This document shows positions 49,934 through 63,300 of a stretch of 64,000 nt of DNA, piece after piece. Source of the DNA: Callorhinchus milii (taxonomy: Eukaryota); contig NW_024704742.1 in NCBI RefSeq assembly GCF_018977255.1, positions 28,646,001-28,710,000 of the forward strand. The letters run 5' to 3'. The position numbers were made by a program, and so were the translations under genes. The notes beneath the pieces are model-generated. The model did not search any database. It was not told where the DNA came from and was given only the letters and a program-made list of their open reading frames with translations. Positions within the stretch are counted from its first letter, which is position 1, and each line of letters starts with the position of its first letter.

Positions 49934-51719
49934 GTATTATTTATTTCAAAGAGGATCACAGGTATTACTGTAAAATGTAATGATTGTACATTTCTACTGT
50001 GCAGCTACAATACAATATAGATTTATATTCATATAGCGCCTTTCATGTCGCTTTAACAATCCTGGCTTGGCACCGAAGCTTCAGAACACCCTGAAGTAGG
50101 TAATAATAAAGCATCTATTAAGAGAGAGAGAGAGAGTCAGTATGGCTTTTTATGAGGGGCTTACACTTAGCTGTTGGATTCAGTGTAATGGATGCCTTCA
50201 ATATAATGATTGACCAGTGATTAGAGGAATCTGACTACAATAGATTCGGAATTTTAAAAAGTAGGGAATAAAAATATATATTTCCTAAAAATAAGAAATG
50301 AGGAATGTCCTTGATAATTTTAAACCTTGAAGCTTAATTCTGAATAAAATCAAAATCAATAAATAATAGAGCTTTTAGTGCTTGCCGATAATTATATTCA
50401 CATGTAAATGAAAATGTAACACATGACGTGAGAAATGACTAAAGGGTTCGACTTGGGTATAGCATAAGATTGATGGGTTTTAGCGAATGATTTAATTTTA
50501 TTTGTTATAAACGTTACCCAGCTCCGTAAACATCTCTCCCCTGGGATTCTGAGTCCTTTATCCATGTCTTTATCAACTCCAGGCTCAATTAATGCCCTGC
50601 TCACCAGACTTCCCAGCCCCTCCTACACAAGCTGAGGACCTTTATGGTCGGCTAAAAAAATTGATTTTTTTGATTGAACATGTCTTGATTTACGCCATAA
50701 ATGAAGAAATATTCAATCAAGAAAAAAACTGAAAACATATTACCAATCAAAAACAGACCTGTGCAAATATTCAGGGTGGGATGGGGGAGCCACTTCCAGC
50801 CCAAGGGTCATGGGTTGGCCATCACTGCTGTATACCATCCAGAAATCTGCAGCCTGTGTCCACTCCCACAATAGACTTCACAAGCCCCCCGTCACTTCTG
50901 TATTCCCTCTGCTCCACGGCTTCCCAACCTTCCAATGAACTGAACTCCATATTCTCCTTACTTTAAAATGCCTCTACTGCCTCACTTCACCAGACCTCCA
51001 TGACCTCACGCAGCTCTGCTGTCCTGATCACTCTCTCTGCTTAGTCATCACCATAACCTGCTATATAACATAACATAATATGTAGCAGCAGGAGTAGGCC
51101 ATTCGGCCCTTCAAGCCTGCCCCGCCATTCAATCATGGCTGATCTTCTAATCTAACTCCAGCTAATAACCTAACCTTGCCTTATCCCCATATCCCTTAAT
51201 CCCTTTTGCAATAAGAAATATATCTATCTCAGTCTTGAATATGTTCAAGGACTGAGAATCAACAGCCCTTTGGGGTAGCGAGTTCCATACATTCACCACC
51301 ATGCACCTGTCCACTCTGCCCCACCATCAGTGGATGTGCTTTCAGCTATTCTGCCCCGGTTCTCTGGAACTCCATCCTGGAGTCCCTCCACTTTAGCCCT
51401 CCTGGCCGTGTTCGAAACATCTTAAAACGTAACGCTTCAACTGTGCTTTGCTCCCCCTTCCTCCACCCCTCTCCTCAGCTCTCCCCCCAATCCAAGCTTG
51501 ATCTCCCAGTCAGCCTGAGGTGCTTTGAGATATCCTCCCAACTTGAAGGGTACTATGTAGATTGTTGCTGTTACAACTTTAATAATGTACTGTATTTGCC
51601 AAAGAGTTGAAACAGTCAAAAATTTGTATTTGATCCCTAGCTACAATGATAACCCTAAGAACCAACTTCAAAGTATACCAGTAAGTGAAAGGAAAGCATT
51701 AAGAGGGATTGGGAGATAA

Positions 51720-51925
51720 TATCAGTTAAAATGCAATCCTTTCATCTCAGGGACCTGAGTTTAAATCCACTCCAGATTGTTGTGATTAAAGTGTCTCTGC
51801 CAGCTCTCAACATCCTATGTGAATGAGTTTGGAATCTGAACAGTTTCCAGTGGATATGAGACTCCAGCACAGAACGTTCCAGTATTCAATACTAATTCAC
51901 AGTAAATTGGCAATCTGATTTAGAG
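51720..51925 (+). mobile_element. Ancient SINE fragment, AmnSINE2-like
   Basis: cctttcatctcagggacctgagtttaaatcca...cctatgtgaatgagtttgg...cagtttccagtggat resembles the recalled consensus; highly diverged. Confidence 0.45.
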
Positions 51926-52279
51926 ACACAACAACAACAAATTATGTGTGTATGGCGCTTTTCACGTTCAGAGGACGTCCCAGGGTTCTGGACAGTCAAG
52001 GATTTGGACCCGAGTTGGAGACCATGGAACAAACTGGAAGTGGAACAAACTACAATTGGTTAAAAAAAATTTTTTTTTAATGTAGTTTGCTTTCATTTCT
52101 TGGGATACAGAGAAGAGAGATTCACAGTATGTCTGCCCTATGTTATATCAGACTGGGATATAATGCTTAATGCCAACATTGGGTAAAAAGAAGAATTCAG
52201 AAAAGAGTAATACTATATTTGGAAAAGATGGAAAAGATTAAAAAGTAGATAAGTAAAATGAAAAAACTAAGGAAGGGAT

Positions 52280-52615
52280 GAAAAGCACTTATATAACACT
52301 TCACAGGGGTGCCCTGTAAAGTGTGGTGTCTGTATTCTGTATTTTTCATGAAGTGAATGATCAACTTTATCTAGAGGATTGTTGGCCAGGACACTGGGAG
52401 GAACTCCCTTCTCTTCAAGTCGTGCCACAGAATCTTTCATGTCCACCTGAGCAGTCAGACAGGATCTTGCTTCAACATTTCTTCTGAAGGATAGCACTTC
52501 CAACAATGCAGCACACCCCCAGCACTGCACTGGAGTGTCAGCCTAGATTATGAGTTCAAAGTCCCTATATGGGGCTTGAACCCCAAACCCTCTGATACAA
52601 GCAGCGAGAGTGCTA
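52280..52615 (-). mobile_element. Deu-domain SINE; further fragments at about 140-310(-), 44185-44350(+) and 53960-54260(+)
   Basis: cagcactgcactggagtgtcagcctagattatgag and ttggccaggacactgggaggaactccc match the recalled Deu-domain consensus. Confidence 0.72.
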
Positions 52616-53159
52616 GGCTGACTTTCATATTGGAACTTTTGCGTAGGGAGAACATTTCAAAATGCATTATGGAATGGGAGCTGAGTTGTAAGGGAGATAG
52701 GGGAGGAGACAGGGAAGAGGTGGCAGAGGCAGAAGGCACAGTCAAGATTCTTCAGATGGGGTTGAAAGCAAAGAGGGAGTGGATGAGAAATATTGTATGG
52801 ATACATCTTGATTCTCAAGCAAAATCTCCACAATATTAATCTATTTCCAAATAGCCACTATAACAACAACAGCAAGATTACATTTGTATAGCGCCTTTCA
52901 CGTCAGGAGGATGTCCCAAGGCGCTGAAACAAGGCACGATACAACCTTGGTCACGTTCCCTCTGCACAGCATATTCTCCCCAACCTAACAGCACAGAAAC
53001 TATCCTATCCCATGTAGTATTTGTTCATCTTCCTATATCCTCCAATACCATTGCTAAACAGATTTTTATCCACATATCTTTTGAAGGAATTACTGTAATC
53101 GACTTAGCATTGACAAATTCAGCACTGTAAGCCTGTCCTTGAAATATAAAGTTGTCAAT

Positions 53160-53930
53160 TTCAGAATCCTTCTTGTTCACTTCTTCAGATCTATCATAAA
53201 CCAAGAGTTCCATAATCTTTTGAAGGTAGCGTACCCAAACCTGCAAATAATATTCCAAATGTAGCCTCAACAAAGATTTCTACAAGGTTAAAATAATGTA
53301 TTTTGATTTGTAAAGAAAGTACTTCAAATGAAATCTATCATTTATTAGTTTCGTTGATAGCAGCTTCACAATGACCTTGAACCTACAGTGAATTATCAAT
53401 AATCGCACCCTTTTCTCTTTCTTTTTTTGACCTCTGCTGATGGACACACCTTCACAGTTTATATATGCATCTTGTTCCAATATCTCTGATTCATCCATAT
53501 TAAAATCCATCTGCTATTCACTGGCCAGTCTGTTTAGTTGGTTAAGATCTTTGCAAATGCCATTTATCTTCCTTGTATTATTTACCTGCCTGAGTATCAT
53601 TACCATTATATCATTACCATTGTATCATTGTATCAAGTAATCAACTACTCTGTGATTTATATGTGCTATAATCTGAAGGAAGACAGAACTAACCATTGTG
53701 GAACTCCACTATTCACTGTCCTAGACAGATGTTTATCCATTTATAATCTATTTTGCTTCCTATTGCTAAGACAGCTTTCAGTCTAACTAACTACTGTAAT
53801 TAACAAAACAACAACAAATTGCATTTATATAGTGCCTTTCACATCGGGATGACATCCCATTTACCATCAATTCCATGATTTTAAAAGTCTCATGTGTAAA
53901 ACATGATCCAATGACTCCTGAAAATCGAAG
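53160..53930 (-). mobile_element. Degraded CR1 LINE RT fragment; shorter CR1 3' pieces at about 1205-1440(+), 24480-24665(+), 39915-40200(-), 41670-41800(+), 44900-45140(+), 51065-51300(-)
   Basis: LRLHLEYYLQVW resembles CR1 RPHLEYCVQFW; RRNIFTQNIVRTWNALP and RKHFFTQKVVRV resemble the CR1 C-terminus. Confidence 0.7.
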
Positions 53931-55201
53931 CACACCTTTCTACTGAATTTATGTCCCGTGGATGAGGCATTAAAATGAGATTCTGAATATCTGCCTATTT
54001 AGATGGATTTAAAGTTCCCATGGCACTATCCAAAAAGAGAAGGGAGTTTATCCAGTGTCCTGATTAACAATTCCTCGATACAGTCATTCACCTTATGGTT
54101 GTTTGTGGGATATTGCTGAGCATAAATTGCAGGTTTCCCTACAAAATACACTACACTTTGCAGTAAATCCTGTGAAACAGTTTGAGACGTGCTCCCAACA
54201 TGAGGTTTAAGACTCCCTCTTGGATCGAAAGTGCTAAAATCAGATGTAAGGATTATTATTATTTTTCGTGAAAAGACAAATTACGATAGCTTCAGTAAGA
54301 TTTATTGCAAACCCCAAACTTGGAATATCTCTAATATCAGGAACAATACAATTTCTTAATTTCATAGAATATATGTGTGTGTGTTTCGGGGGAAGGGAAA
54401 TACAGTCCTTAACCAGGTTTGTGTTTCAAGGTAAGGTACATCTTTTGACCCACTCTTGACCCAGAAGCACAGCTTCTTTGCCTGTTGTCTTCTAGATCTG
54501 AGTGCAATATGCGTGACACGTTTCATTGAAAAATCTCTTATAAATGTAAGTGATAACTATGTGTTCAAGGCTGGATCTTGGACACATAGTTATGTGGAAA
54601 TTTTATTTAGTTTATTTGAAAAAATCACAAGCAGTAATTCAAAGGTCTCAAAGAAAGCTGGGCAAGGATGTGATAATACAATTCCAATAAAAAGTATTTG
54701 TGAGGATGCATTCCAGCAACTGAGAAGGTTTTTTTTTCAGATTCTCACTTTATTTACATTTAGATAGCTAAACTCTGTTACACTGTCTGTAGAATGTCAG
54801 TCAATTGATTTATACCAAATCAACATTAGAGGTGTATACAGGAATGTGGAGCATTTCAACGTGAACTGCAAATTACATTTGTATAGCGCCTTTCACGTCA
54901 GGAGGACTCCCCAAAGTGCTGGAAAGACAAATATTGCAGCCAAGCTGGGGAATGGGATCTGGAGGGGTGCTAACAGCATGTACTGAGAAGCTTTTTGAAA
55001 TGCCTACTCAAATATTTAAACTTGACTAAAGCATCCAAATGTTTATGTCGAGACCCTTGACTTTGCTGATGCACCTATTAAACTGGCCACTAGGAGGTGT
55101 GCAAGAGCAGTGTGGATTGATTTGGCTTGAGTTAAATAAGAATTAAATTTTATATATATAATGTGCATTCTGCTTGAAATAATTTGTTACGAAGACCTAG
55201 G

Positions 55202-55461
55202 TAGGGTGACCATATTTTGTAAACCAAATCCAGGGGCATGTATATAAAAAAAATGGAATTCAACACAATTGCTGATGCCGGCAGTACTGGAAAAGCTTGT
55301 TGGATTAATGGCTGTGTTTCTCTGATGAGTGTCTCGGTTTTAGAATGTTACTGTTCTTGCTCAGTTTGGTGCTGAACTCACTTCAGGGAAAATTTGGCCC
55401 CAGGGATACAATACGTCATCCGCAGACTCTCCCCCAAAATCAGAAACGTATGGTCAACTTA
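55202..55461. mobile_element. hAT (Blackjack/MER81-like) MITE remnant
   Basis: Termini TAGGGTGACCATA and TATGGTCAACTTA (11/13 inverted match); no clear 8-bp TSD. Confidence 0.5.
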
Positions 55462-56400
55462 ATGAATACTCAAAGATGGAAACAACTTGGTTGTTTTCTT
55501 CCGGACTCGAATTCTTCTGGGCTCTGTTATTTATGTTATTGTACCTTAAGATGTTACGGGACAGAGATATAACATAAATATTTGAATGTTGTAAGCGAGC
55601 TTATAAGGCAGTCGCACAAATGATACAAACATTTAAAATAAATTAGATATTGAAAATAAGAGAATTCCCATAGATTACTGCCGATGATGGAAAGCACCAG
55701 GTAGGCAGGCAGTTCTGACTGAAAGATTTATGATGTGGTAAATTGGTTGAGTGATCTGAGAACAAGATAGTTTTACTAATGATGGCATGAGGCAAAGGCT
55801 GGATAAAAAGTTTTGACAATGGCACTGGAATTGATTTCAGGATTGACACCAATCTGAGCAGAATGGAAATGAGAATTTCATGCCCCACTATCTGTAAATA
55901 GAAATGCTCAGATCAAAGCAAAATGCAATTTCTATTGATGTGAGAACTGGTGACTTATTGAGACCTGCTAAAGAGGCTTTTTTTTAATACTGTGGGCTGC
56001 ATTGCTCAGCTCATTAAACAATATGATTTAATGGTGATTTATTTGCTTCACTTTTGTCCCTTATGACAATATGATGTAACTTTATGCAGCATCAAATCAC
56101 CAGTAATTTAATGCGGGGATGAAAAACTTCAATTTCTCTCACATTTTTCCTTCTTATAGATCTCGTCAGCTCTTTTGTCTCCTGCAGCTAAATTGGGAAG
56201 TAGGTGAGCCACATCCAGGTGTTTGTCAGGACAATTCTCCAGCAGAACACCATCCAGCAAAAATATTGCCATGGGCTCTTCTTCCACTCCACAACATGGG
56301 AAAATTCTTACTCTTTGCCCAGTGTCTCGTACACCAAGATGGCGAAGACCCAGAAATCAGCAGAGCAAGGAAAATTAGAAACTGTTTACCTTCACTGCAT

Positions 56401-56773
56401 GGGTGTAGCTCAGTGGTTAGAGCACTCGCCTTGCAAGCGAGAGACCTGGGTTTGATACCCATCAGGGCGAAACGTTGGGCAAGTTTCCTTACTCCACATG
56501 CCTCTGTTTACCTAGCAGTAAGTAGGAATGCGGATGTTAGTCATTGGCGGATCGCTTTTCTGGGGGTAATAATACCGTAAAAAAGTATATGTATAATAAA
56601 TTGGTCACTTCAACCCACAACTGTTTGTGGGACACTGCTGTGCACAATTGGTTGCTACATTTCGCTCACAAAATATACAGTCAATTCACTTTACAGTATA
56701 TTCTGTGAAGCACTTTGAGATGTCTTGAAGACATGATAAGGCGCTATATCAAATGCAAGGATTATTATTATTA
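56401..56773 (+). mobile_element. Full-length SINE, long subfamily
   Basis: gggtgtagctcagtggttagagcactcgccttgcaag (tRNA-Ala(TGC)-like head), CORE-like centre and L2-type tail. Confidence 0.9.
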
Positions 56774-57414
56774 TGGTACTGCATGTTGGTGATCTTATTC
56801 ACTCTTACACAATGCTCTCCTACTCTCTGTCATTTCTACTTTGATAATTGCTTGTTACTTATTTATGAAATGAATATGAAGTTAAATACCTTTTTGTTTA
56901 TTATGAAAATCTCAAGAAGAAAATAGCCATTTTGAATAGATGATTAATTTTTAATTTAGTAACCATGAATGACTTTAACTCTTACACAATGAATAACAAC
57001 AATAACTTATGTTTATGTAGCACCCTTCTTGTAGGACAATTTGGAGCGCTGTACAAGATTGGGGTCGGACGTTGAGAGAGGGGAGGGGGAAGGTGTCCAT
57101 ACACACTTTTGAAGAGGTAGGTTTTGAGACAGGACTTAAAGACAGAAAGAGAGGAGGTGAGATAGAGTGCTGGAGGAAGGGTGATCCAGAGGTTAGGGAG
57201 TTGGATCTGAAGGCTCGGCCACGGATGATGGCGTGGAGAGGGTGGGGAATGGCCAGCAAGCTCAAGTTAATCGGGTGGAGGGGAGTGAGTAAAGCAGTTG
57301 TATAGGAGAAAATTGGAGAGATAAGCCTGGCCTGAAATCAGAGGGATCAATGTTACAATGAGCACCGTGACTTGAAATATTTCTGTGTTGCAATTCTCTT
57401 CCCCATAAAGTGTT

Positions 57415-57739
57415 AATAATAATAATAATCCTTGCATTTGATATAGCGCTTTTCACGTCGGGAGGACGTCCCAAAGCGCTTCACAGAACACACTGTAAAG
57501 TGAATTGACTGTATATTTGTGGGCGAACGCGGCAGCCAATTGCGCACAGCAATGTCCCACAAACAGTCGTAGATTGAAAATGACCAATTTTTTTTTATTA
57601 TTGTTTTTGGTTTTTGGAGGGATTATTATTAGGCGTGTGGAGAAAGGAAACTTGCCCAAGGTTTCGCCCTGTGCCTGGAATTGAACCCAGGTCTCTCACT
57701 TGCAAAGTGAGTGCTCTAACCACTGAGCTACAGGACTCC
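57415..57739 (-). mobile_element. Full-length young SINE, short subfamily
   Basis: As for 36718. Confidence 0.92.
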
Positions 57740-59979
57740 ACAAAGTTCTGTTTATACCACTGAAATACTGGTATTTTAATTATTTAATGCTAAATTATAA
57801 TGAGGATCATTAAGAGAGTGTTATGCAAGTCACTTCTCATCTCTCTCCAGAAGCGACTGGTCATCACTTTGACAATCTCCGCAGTGTGTGGAGTGGGGGG
57901 GGGGGGGGGGTGGTTAAGGGGGGAATTCACTTAAAAATCAAAAATTGGATTCAGCCTCCAAAACATAATATATTATTTATTTGTCGCAATGCCTTTTTAA
58001 AGTTTTAGTTTCATAAGTCATTATAATAATAATCCTTGCATTTGACATAGCGCTTTATCACGTCTTCAAGATGTCTCAAAGAACTTCACAGAATATACTG
58101 TAAAGTGAATTGACTGTATATTTTGTGGGCGAAAAATGATGGGTGATTTTACGTTCATTCCTAAACATGCAGAACTTGATTGGCAAGATCATCCACTACC
58201 AGGTAACTGACTAGCAGCAAACCAGATTAGAGAACAACACTTATTGCTTCTTTTTTGTTTTGTTTTAAAATGCGTTAATAAAGATTGGATCAAGGCAATG
58301 TTACACAAAGCTCAATCTCCTCTGTAATGATAAATAGTCAGACTGTCACGGAGTTGATTGAAATTTCTGCTGCTCTTGCTTGCTTCTGGTCCATATTTCA
58401 CAACTCAGCTAATACTTTCGTTTTCTTCCTGTATTTTTTTTCATGACATGCCGTGTCACCTTCATCGAGCTGCTGAGAAACATATTGCTTCAAGCAAGAG
58501 TGGATAATAGTGCAGGTAAAACTAGGACTCCACATGCTTCTTAAGGTCAGAAACCAAACTCCTCGCCCACACAAAATTCCACACGCTCATCAAGAAAAAA
58601 AAATTGGTCAATTCATTCTATGACTCTTTGTGGGACACTGCGGTACGCAATTGGCTGTTGCTTTTTGTCCACAAATATACAGTCACCACTTTACAGTATA
58701 TTCTGTGAAGCACTTTGAGACGTCTAGAAGACGTGAAAAGCGCTATATCAAATGCAGGATTATTATCATATTATCTCAGATTCCATTCCCTGTCTCTCAG
58801 TGGATACATTTGAAAGTTCTCACCTCCAAAACCAACCACTATGGCATGCAATTTACACATCCTTATCTCTCTGATCTTCTACCCTATTCCCCCACCCCCA
58901 ACTTGAGCTTGCTCCACATCCTCCTCCCCATTATGATTGGTGGCTAAGCTTGCAGTTTCTATGCCTCTAAACCCTGGAATTGCCTCTGTCTCTCATTCTT
59001 CCCATTCTCTCTCTTTTGGTCTTTAACTCCCATCTCAAATCCTACCTCTTCAAACGCTCCTTCCCTTCCCTTGCTCCCTTGAGGTCCAACCCCATCCCTG
59101 TAAAGCACTGTGGGCTGTTACCCTATATGAAGGGCAGTGTATAAATGCAATTTGTTGTAAGATACCCACTATTCTCTTCCCTTCTCATGGTCCCACGAAA
59201 CCATGAGTTTTTGCGAGAGCATAGAGTTGCCTGACGCAAAACTGCTGCCAACTATAATCGATATTGATCTGCTTGGATAGCCAGCAAACAGCCCCAGAAT
59301 CACTGTTGTAATTTGTATGGAAGCATCTAAGTTTCAGTTGGCATCTCTTTGCTATGTGGCGAATGTATCAAACACGAACAGCAGTTCAGCCCTTTGGCAC
59401 AGCACAATAATGCTCCAAAGAACCTGATAGTTTGCAGTTCCAGTCTTGAACATTTTATATTTTATGGCAACATGATATAGAGTTCAAAGTTTAAATTCAC
59501 AATGTAGTAAGTTGGAGGATTACACATGAGGACCATTTAGCTTTCTCGTTACTCATGGTCAAAGTTCCTACAAATAGTAGCATGAGGAATTTATCACAAG
59601 CAAATATATTTTTGTTGATGCAGAGGCAAGCATGTCATTTCTGAAACTAGCTGACTGAGGCATTTGTAGAAAAAATATTCTGTGGTATAACAGGGGTGAA
59701 AAAAGTAGTAGGTAATGGCTTAGTAACACTAGTGATAATTATCACATACTACATTTCTCATCCAATTATCTCCTGTTCAACAAATTCTGAGCACCATGCT
59801 TCTGCTACATCAAGGATAGGCTTCTCTTTTATAAAACTATGACTGTGACATTGTCATATATATGAATGCTTGGTTGGCTGCATATGCAGATGGGAAATTA
59901 TTAATGTAGATAAGAAAAAGTAAAAGTCCTGATGTTGAGCCTTGAGCAGATGCCCATAGGCAGCGAATTTGACATTATC

Positions 59980-60320
59980 TGAGACATAGATACTAATTGA
60001 GATTAGTCCATTAAATAGGAACGGAACCTCTGAAGGGGTTAAAATTAAAACCGGCTAATTTATTGAGAAGGGCAGTGTGATTAACTGTGTCAAAGGCTTC
60101 CTTGGATCCAGAAAAACAGCTCCCACCAGATAGCCCCTCTCAAGTGGCCACTCAATAAGTTGTCACAAAAATCAATAAGGGCTGCTGAAAATAGTAGGGT
60201 CAAAATCGTGTTTGCATGGCGACAAGTGTCCAAAGTGGGCAAAAAAGAACTGTCAGTAACTTTCTTATAAATAACCCTATCTAGGATTTTAGCACAAATG
60301 TTAAAATTGAATGTTAGTTT
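59980..60320 (-). mobile_element. Ancient non-LTR retrotransposon RT remnant (L2/CR1 group)
   Basis: The minus strand gives GYLVGAVFLD, then after a frameshift KEAFDTVNH, which matches the FLDxxKAFDTVNH RT motif. Confidence 0.6.
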
Positions 60321-60473
60321 TCATCCCAGAACCATTTCTGCATAAAAGGGAATTGCACTCAACAGCTTGCCAAGCACTTTTTTTGCAGCTCTCACTGTAA
60401 GATATATAATGCTTAATCGGGGGGAGGATTCCACCAGGGTCTATTTTTTTTTAGCCGTTCAGAGCATCCAGAA

Positions 60474-60734
60474 TATAATAATAATAATAATCCTTGCATT
60501 TGATATAGCGCTTTTCACGTCGGGAGGACGTCCCAAAGCGCTTCACAGAATATACTGTAAAGTGAATTGACTGGATATTTGTGGGCGAAACGCGGCAGCC
60601 AATTGCGCACAGCAATGTCCCACAAACAGTCATGGATTGAAAATTACCAATTTATTATTGTTTTTGGTTTTGGAGGGATTATTATTAGGCGTGTGGAGTA
60701 AGGAAACTTGCCCAAGGTTTCACCCTGTCTGGAA
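60474..60734 (-). mobile_element. Young SINE, short subfamily, 5'-truncated
   Basis: Tail through cttgcccaaggtttcaccctg. Confidence 0.9.
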
Positions 60735-61407
60735 ATTTGGTAAATTTTCAGATACAGTCTTCATTTGGGAGTTAATTTTCCATAAGTACTGTTAAGAACT
60801 GCAGAAAACTGGCTTCAGAGTTCAGAATGAATTCAAGAGTTTACAGATTCTGCACACTCTGAAATGCTAAGAAAAGAAAAGAAATAGTGGACTTTCTCTA
60901 CCACGATGCGTTGAACAAGCGCACTTTTACAACACTGATATCAGACACTCTTGGAATAGAATAATTGGACATTTCAACTCTAATGCAATATCATCCATTT
61001 TTGATGCCACAGTGATTCATTTTTATTCTTCATAAATTGTATTCCATGATGGATTTTAAATAGAAAATTACTCGAAATCAGATTGCACTGGGACATATTT
61101 GAATCACTGTCTCAGAGCCTGGTTTTTGTTTTTTTGGGATCAGCCAAGGGTCTGACACATATCGAAACCCATCACCATGCTTAAGAGTACACAAACCAAT
61201 ATGAGAATTCCATGCATCCCACCTAGGCATGGAAATTCCAGAGATAAATTGTTGGACTGGAACGTACGCTCTCTCCCTGGAGGGACGCATCTTGCTTACC
61301 TAATTCTGGAAAATATTAGGCCTAGGTTGGCAAGTGACATGCTTGGGCAACCCAGGGTGTACGTTGGGGTACTGCTGCAGTCTAACCAGCTAAAACCTCA
61401 CAGCATA

Positions 61408-61612
61408 CCATCGGCCACTATTACAGTTATTACCTCCGCAACATTGCCAGACTCTGCCACTGCCTCACTCCTCAGGCAGCCAAAACCCTTAACCACGCAT
61501 TTGTCACATCAAGGCTCGATTATGGAAACTCCCTCCTCATCGACCTTCCCAATTCTTCCCTTCACAAGCTGCAGATCATCCAAAGCTCTGAAGCTTGTGT
61601 ACTCTCACGCAC
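61408..61612 (+). mobile_element. L2 LINE ORF2 fragment
   Basis: Translates as YYLRNIARLCHCLTPQAAKTLNHAFVTSRLDYGNSLL, the L2 signature. Confidence 0.85.
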
Positions 61613-61614
61613 CA

Positions 61615-62410
61615 GGCTTTGGGGCATAGTGGCTGAAAGCACGGCTGCCGATGGTGGGGCAGAGAGACCGGGGGATAAGGAAGAGGCCGGAGCCAGTTGA
61701 AAGGAGGCAGCAGGTAGTAGTAATAATAGTAATAATAATCCTGGCATTTGATATAGCGCTTTTCAGGTCTTCTAGATGTCTCAAAGCGCTTCACACAATA
61801 AACTGTAAAGTGAATTGACTGTAATGTGGGTGAAACGAGGCAGCCAATTGCGCACTGCAGTGTCCCACAAACAGTCGTGGATTGAGTGACCAAATTGTCA
61901 TTGGTTATTTGAGGGATTATTATCCCCGGAAAAGTGATCCACCAATCGACTAATAACCGGTTTCCTACTTACTGCTCGGTAAACAGAGACATGTGGAGTA
62001 AGGAAAGTTGCCCAACATTTCGCCCTGCCAGGAATAGAACCCAGATCTCTCGCTTGCGAGGCAAGTCCTCTAACCACTGAGCTACAGGACTCCCTAGTGT
62101 AGGGAGAGAGCAGGTTGGAGAGATAGGGAGGTGCCAGAGTGTGAAGGGATGCAAGACTGAGAATCTTGAAATCGATCCTCTCTGTGATAGAGAGTCACTG
62201 GAGTTTGACAAGGACTGGGATAATGGATGTATGAAGTTTAGTGCAGGTGAGAATGCGGGCGGTGAATTTTTGAATTAGTTGAATTTTGTGAATAGTGGAG
62301 CAGGAGAGACCAGCAAGGAGGGAATTTACGTAGTTGAGGTGGGAGGTGACATCGGTGTGGATAAGGGTTTCCCCAGTTTTGAAGTGATATGGACAGAGGC
62401 GGAGATACAG
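61615..62410 (-). mobile_element. L2 LINE ORF2 fragment interrupted by the SINE at 61718-62093
   Basis: ETLIHTDVTSHLNYVNSLLAGL...RIDFKIL...LAPPYLSNLL, then after the SINE, PTIGSRAFSHYAPK. Confidence 0.82.
61718..62093 (-). mobile_element. Full-length SINE, long subfamily, inserted inside an L2 fragment
   Basis: Complete head, centre and tail; L2 sequence continues on both sides. Confidence 0.9.
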
Positions 62411-63300
62411 AGTGGTTAGGGGGAGAGCAGGAGGTGGTGCAGAATTTGAAAGAGTTGCAGAAAAACTAAAGTGACAAATTTAAAGAAAATAGAGACTATT
62501 GTCTTGGTTACAGTCCAGCATTTGAAGGAGCCTTTTTCCTTCAGCTGGGCTAAGGTCCAAATTTATTCCCTGTAGACTTTCCTGATCGATTGGAATGCTA
62601 AGTTATGTCTGTTATGATATTATTCCCAATTTTCATTCAATTGAACAATATAAAATTCTGTTAAAAGTTGGCTCTTTGTTTGAGTTTGTTGTACAACTTG
62701 ATTGATCACCCATGGTAAACGCTGACCTTTGGATTTATAGCTCCTTATTGCAAGGTTTCATGTAAGAATTCTGAAGCCATCTTATTAACACTTATAATAC
62801 TCTATTGCATTACTGAGTTGATCTTCCCAGGTTGGGCAGGATTTCTATTAAATTTATCGAACGTTCAAGTTTGCCTCATTCGACCTTTAGATTTAGAAAT
62901 ATCCAATTTTCTTGTTCCAAATGTGCTCAGATACGTGAGGTGCCACTGATCTTATTGAGTCCGATTGCTTTTTGGTTGTTGCTACAGTTCCACTTAGGAC
63001 ATTACATTTTTATATTGTTTTAAATAAGAGGCTCTATTGGTGCTTGGATATGTAGTTTTGTGTTTTCCAAGGTCTACATTAAAAAAACTTGCCTGGATCA
63101 GGGAGAGGTCATGCTTTATTCACCTTGTCCAAAAATGTCACCAGAAATAAATTTAGATCTCTGTTCGCACGATACTAAAACCCCAGCTTGTTAGGGTAAT
63201 GAGGGAGGGGGAGATCCGGTCCAGTGAGCCGGAATTTCCCACTAAGCGTAATTACAATGCCAGTACCGACACTGTAATTGTTTGAATTCTGCGAGCAGAA

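Larger units (their letters stand above)
4001..58765. mobile_element. Additional 3' fragments of the same SINE family at about 4001-4176(-), 22895-23070(-), 26048-26250(-), 34398-34510(-), 38560-38750(+), 47088-47200(-), 58024-58132(-), 58600-58765(+)
   Basis: Each carries some or all of gtcaattcactttacag...atcaaatgcaaggattatt. The coordinates span the listed pieces only. Confidence 0.8.
48500..59160. mobile_element. Other L2 3' fragments and tails: about 48500-48705(+), 50880-51575(+, split by a CR1 tail), 52860-52930(-), 54865-54970(-), 56990-57320(-), 58770-59160(+)
   Basis: Shared GGGACGTCCTCCTGACGTGAAAGGCGCTATA tail and/or PTIGGRAF-like remnants. The coordinates span the listed pieces only. 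Confidence 0.7.
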
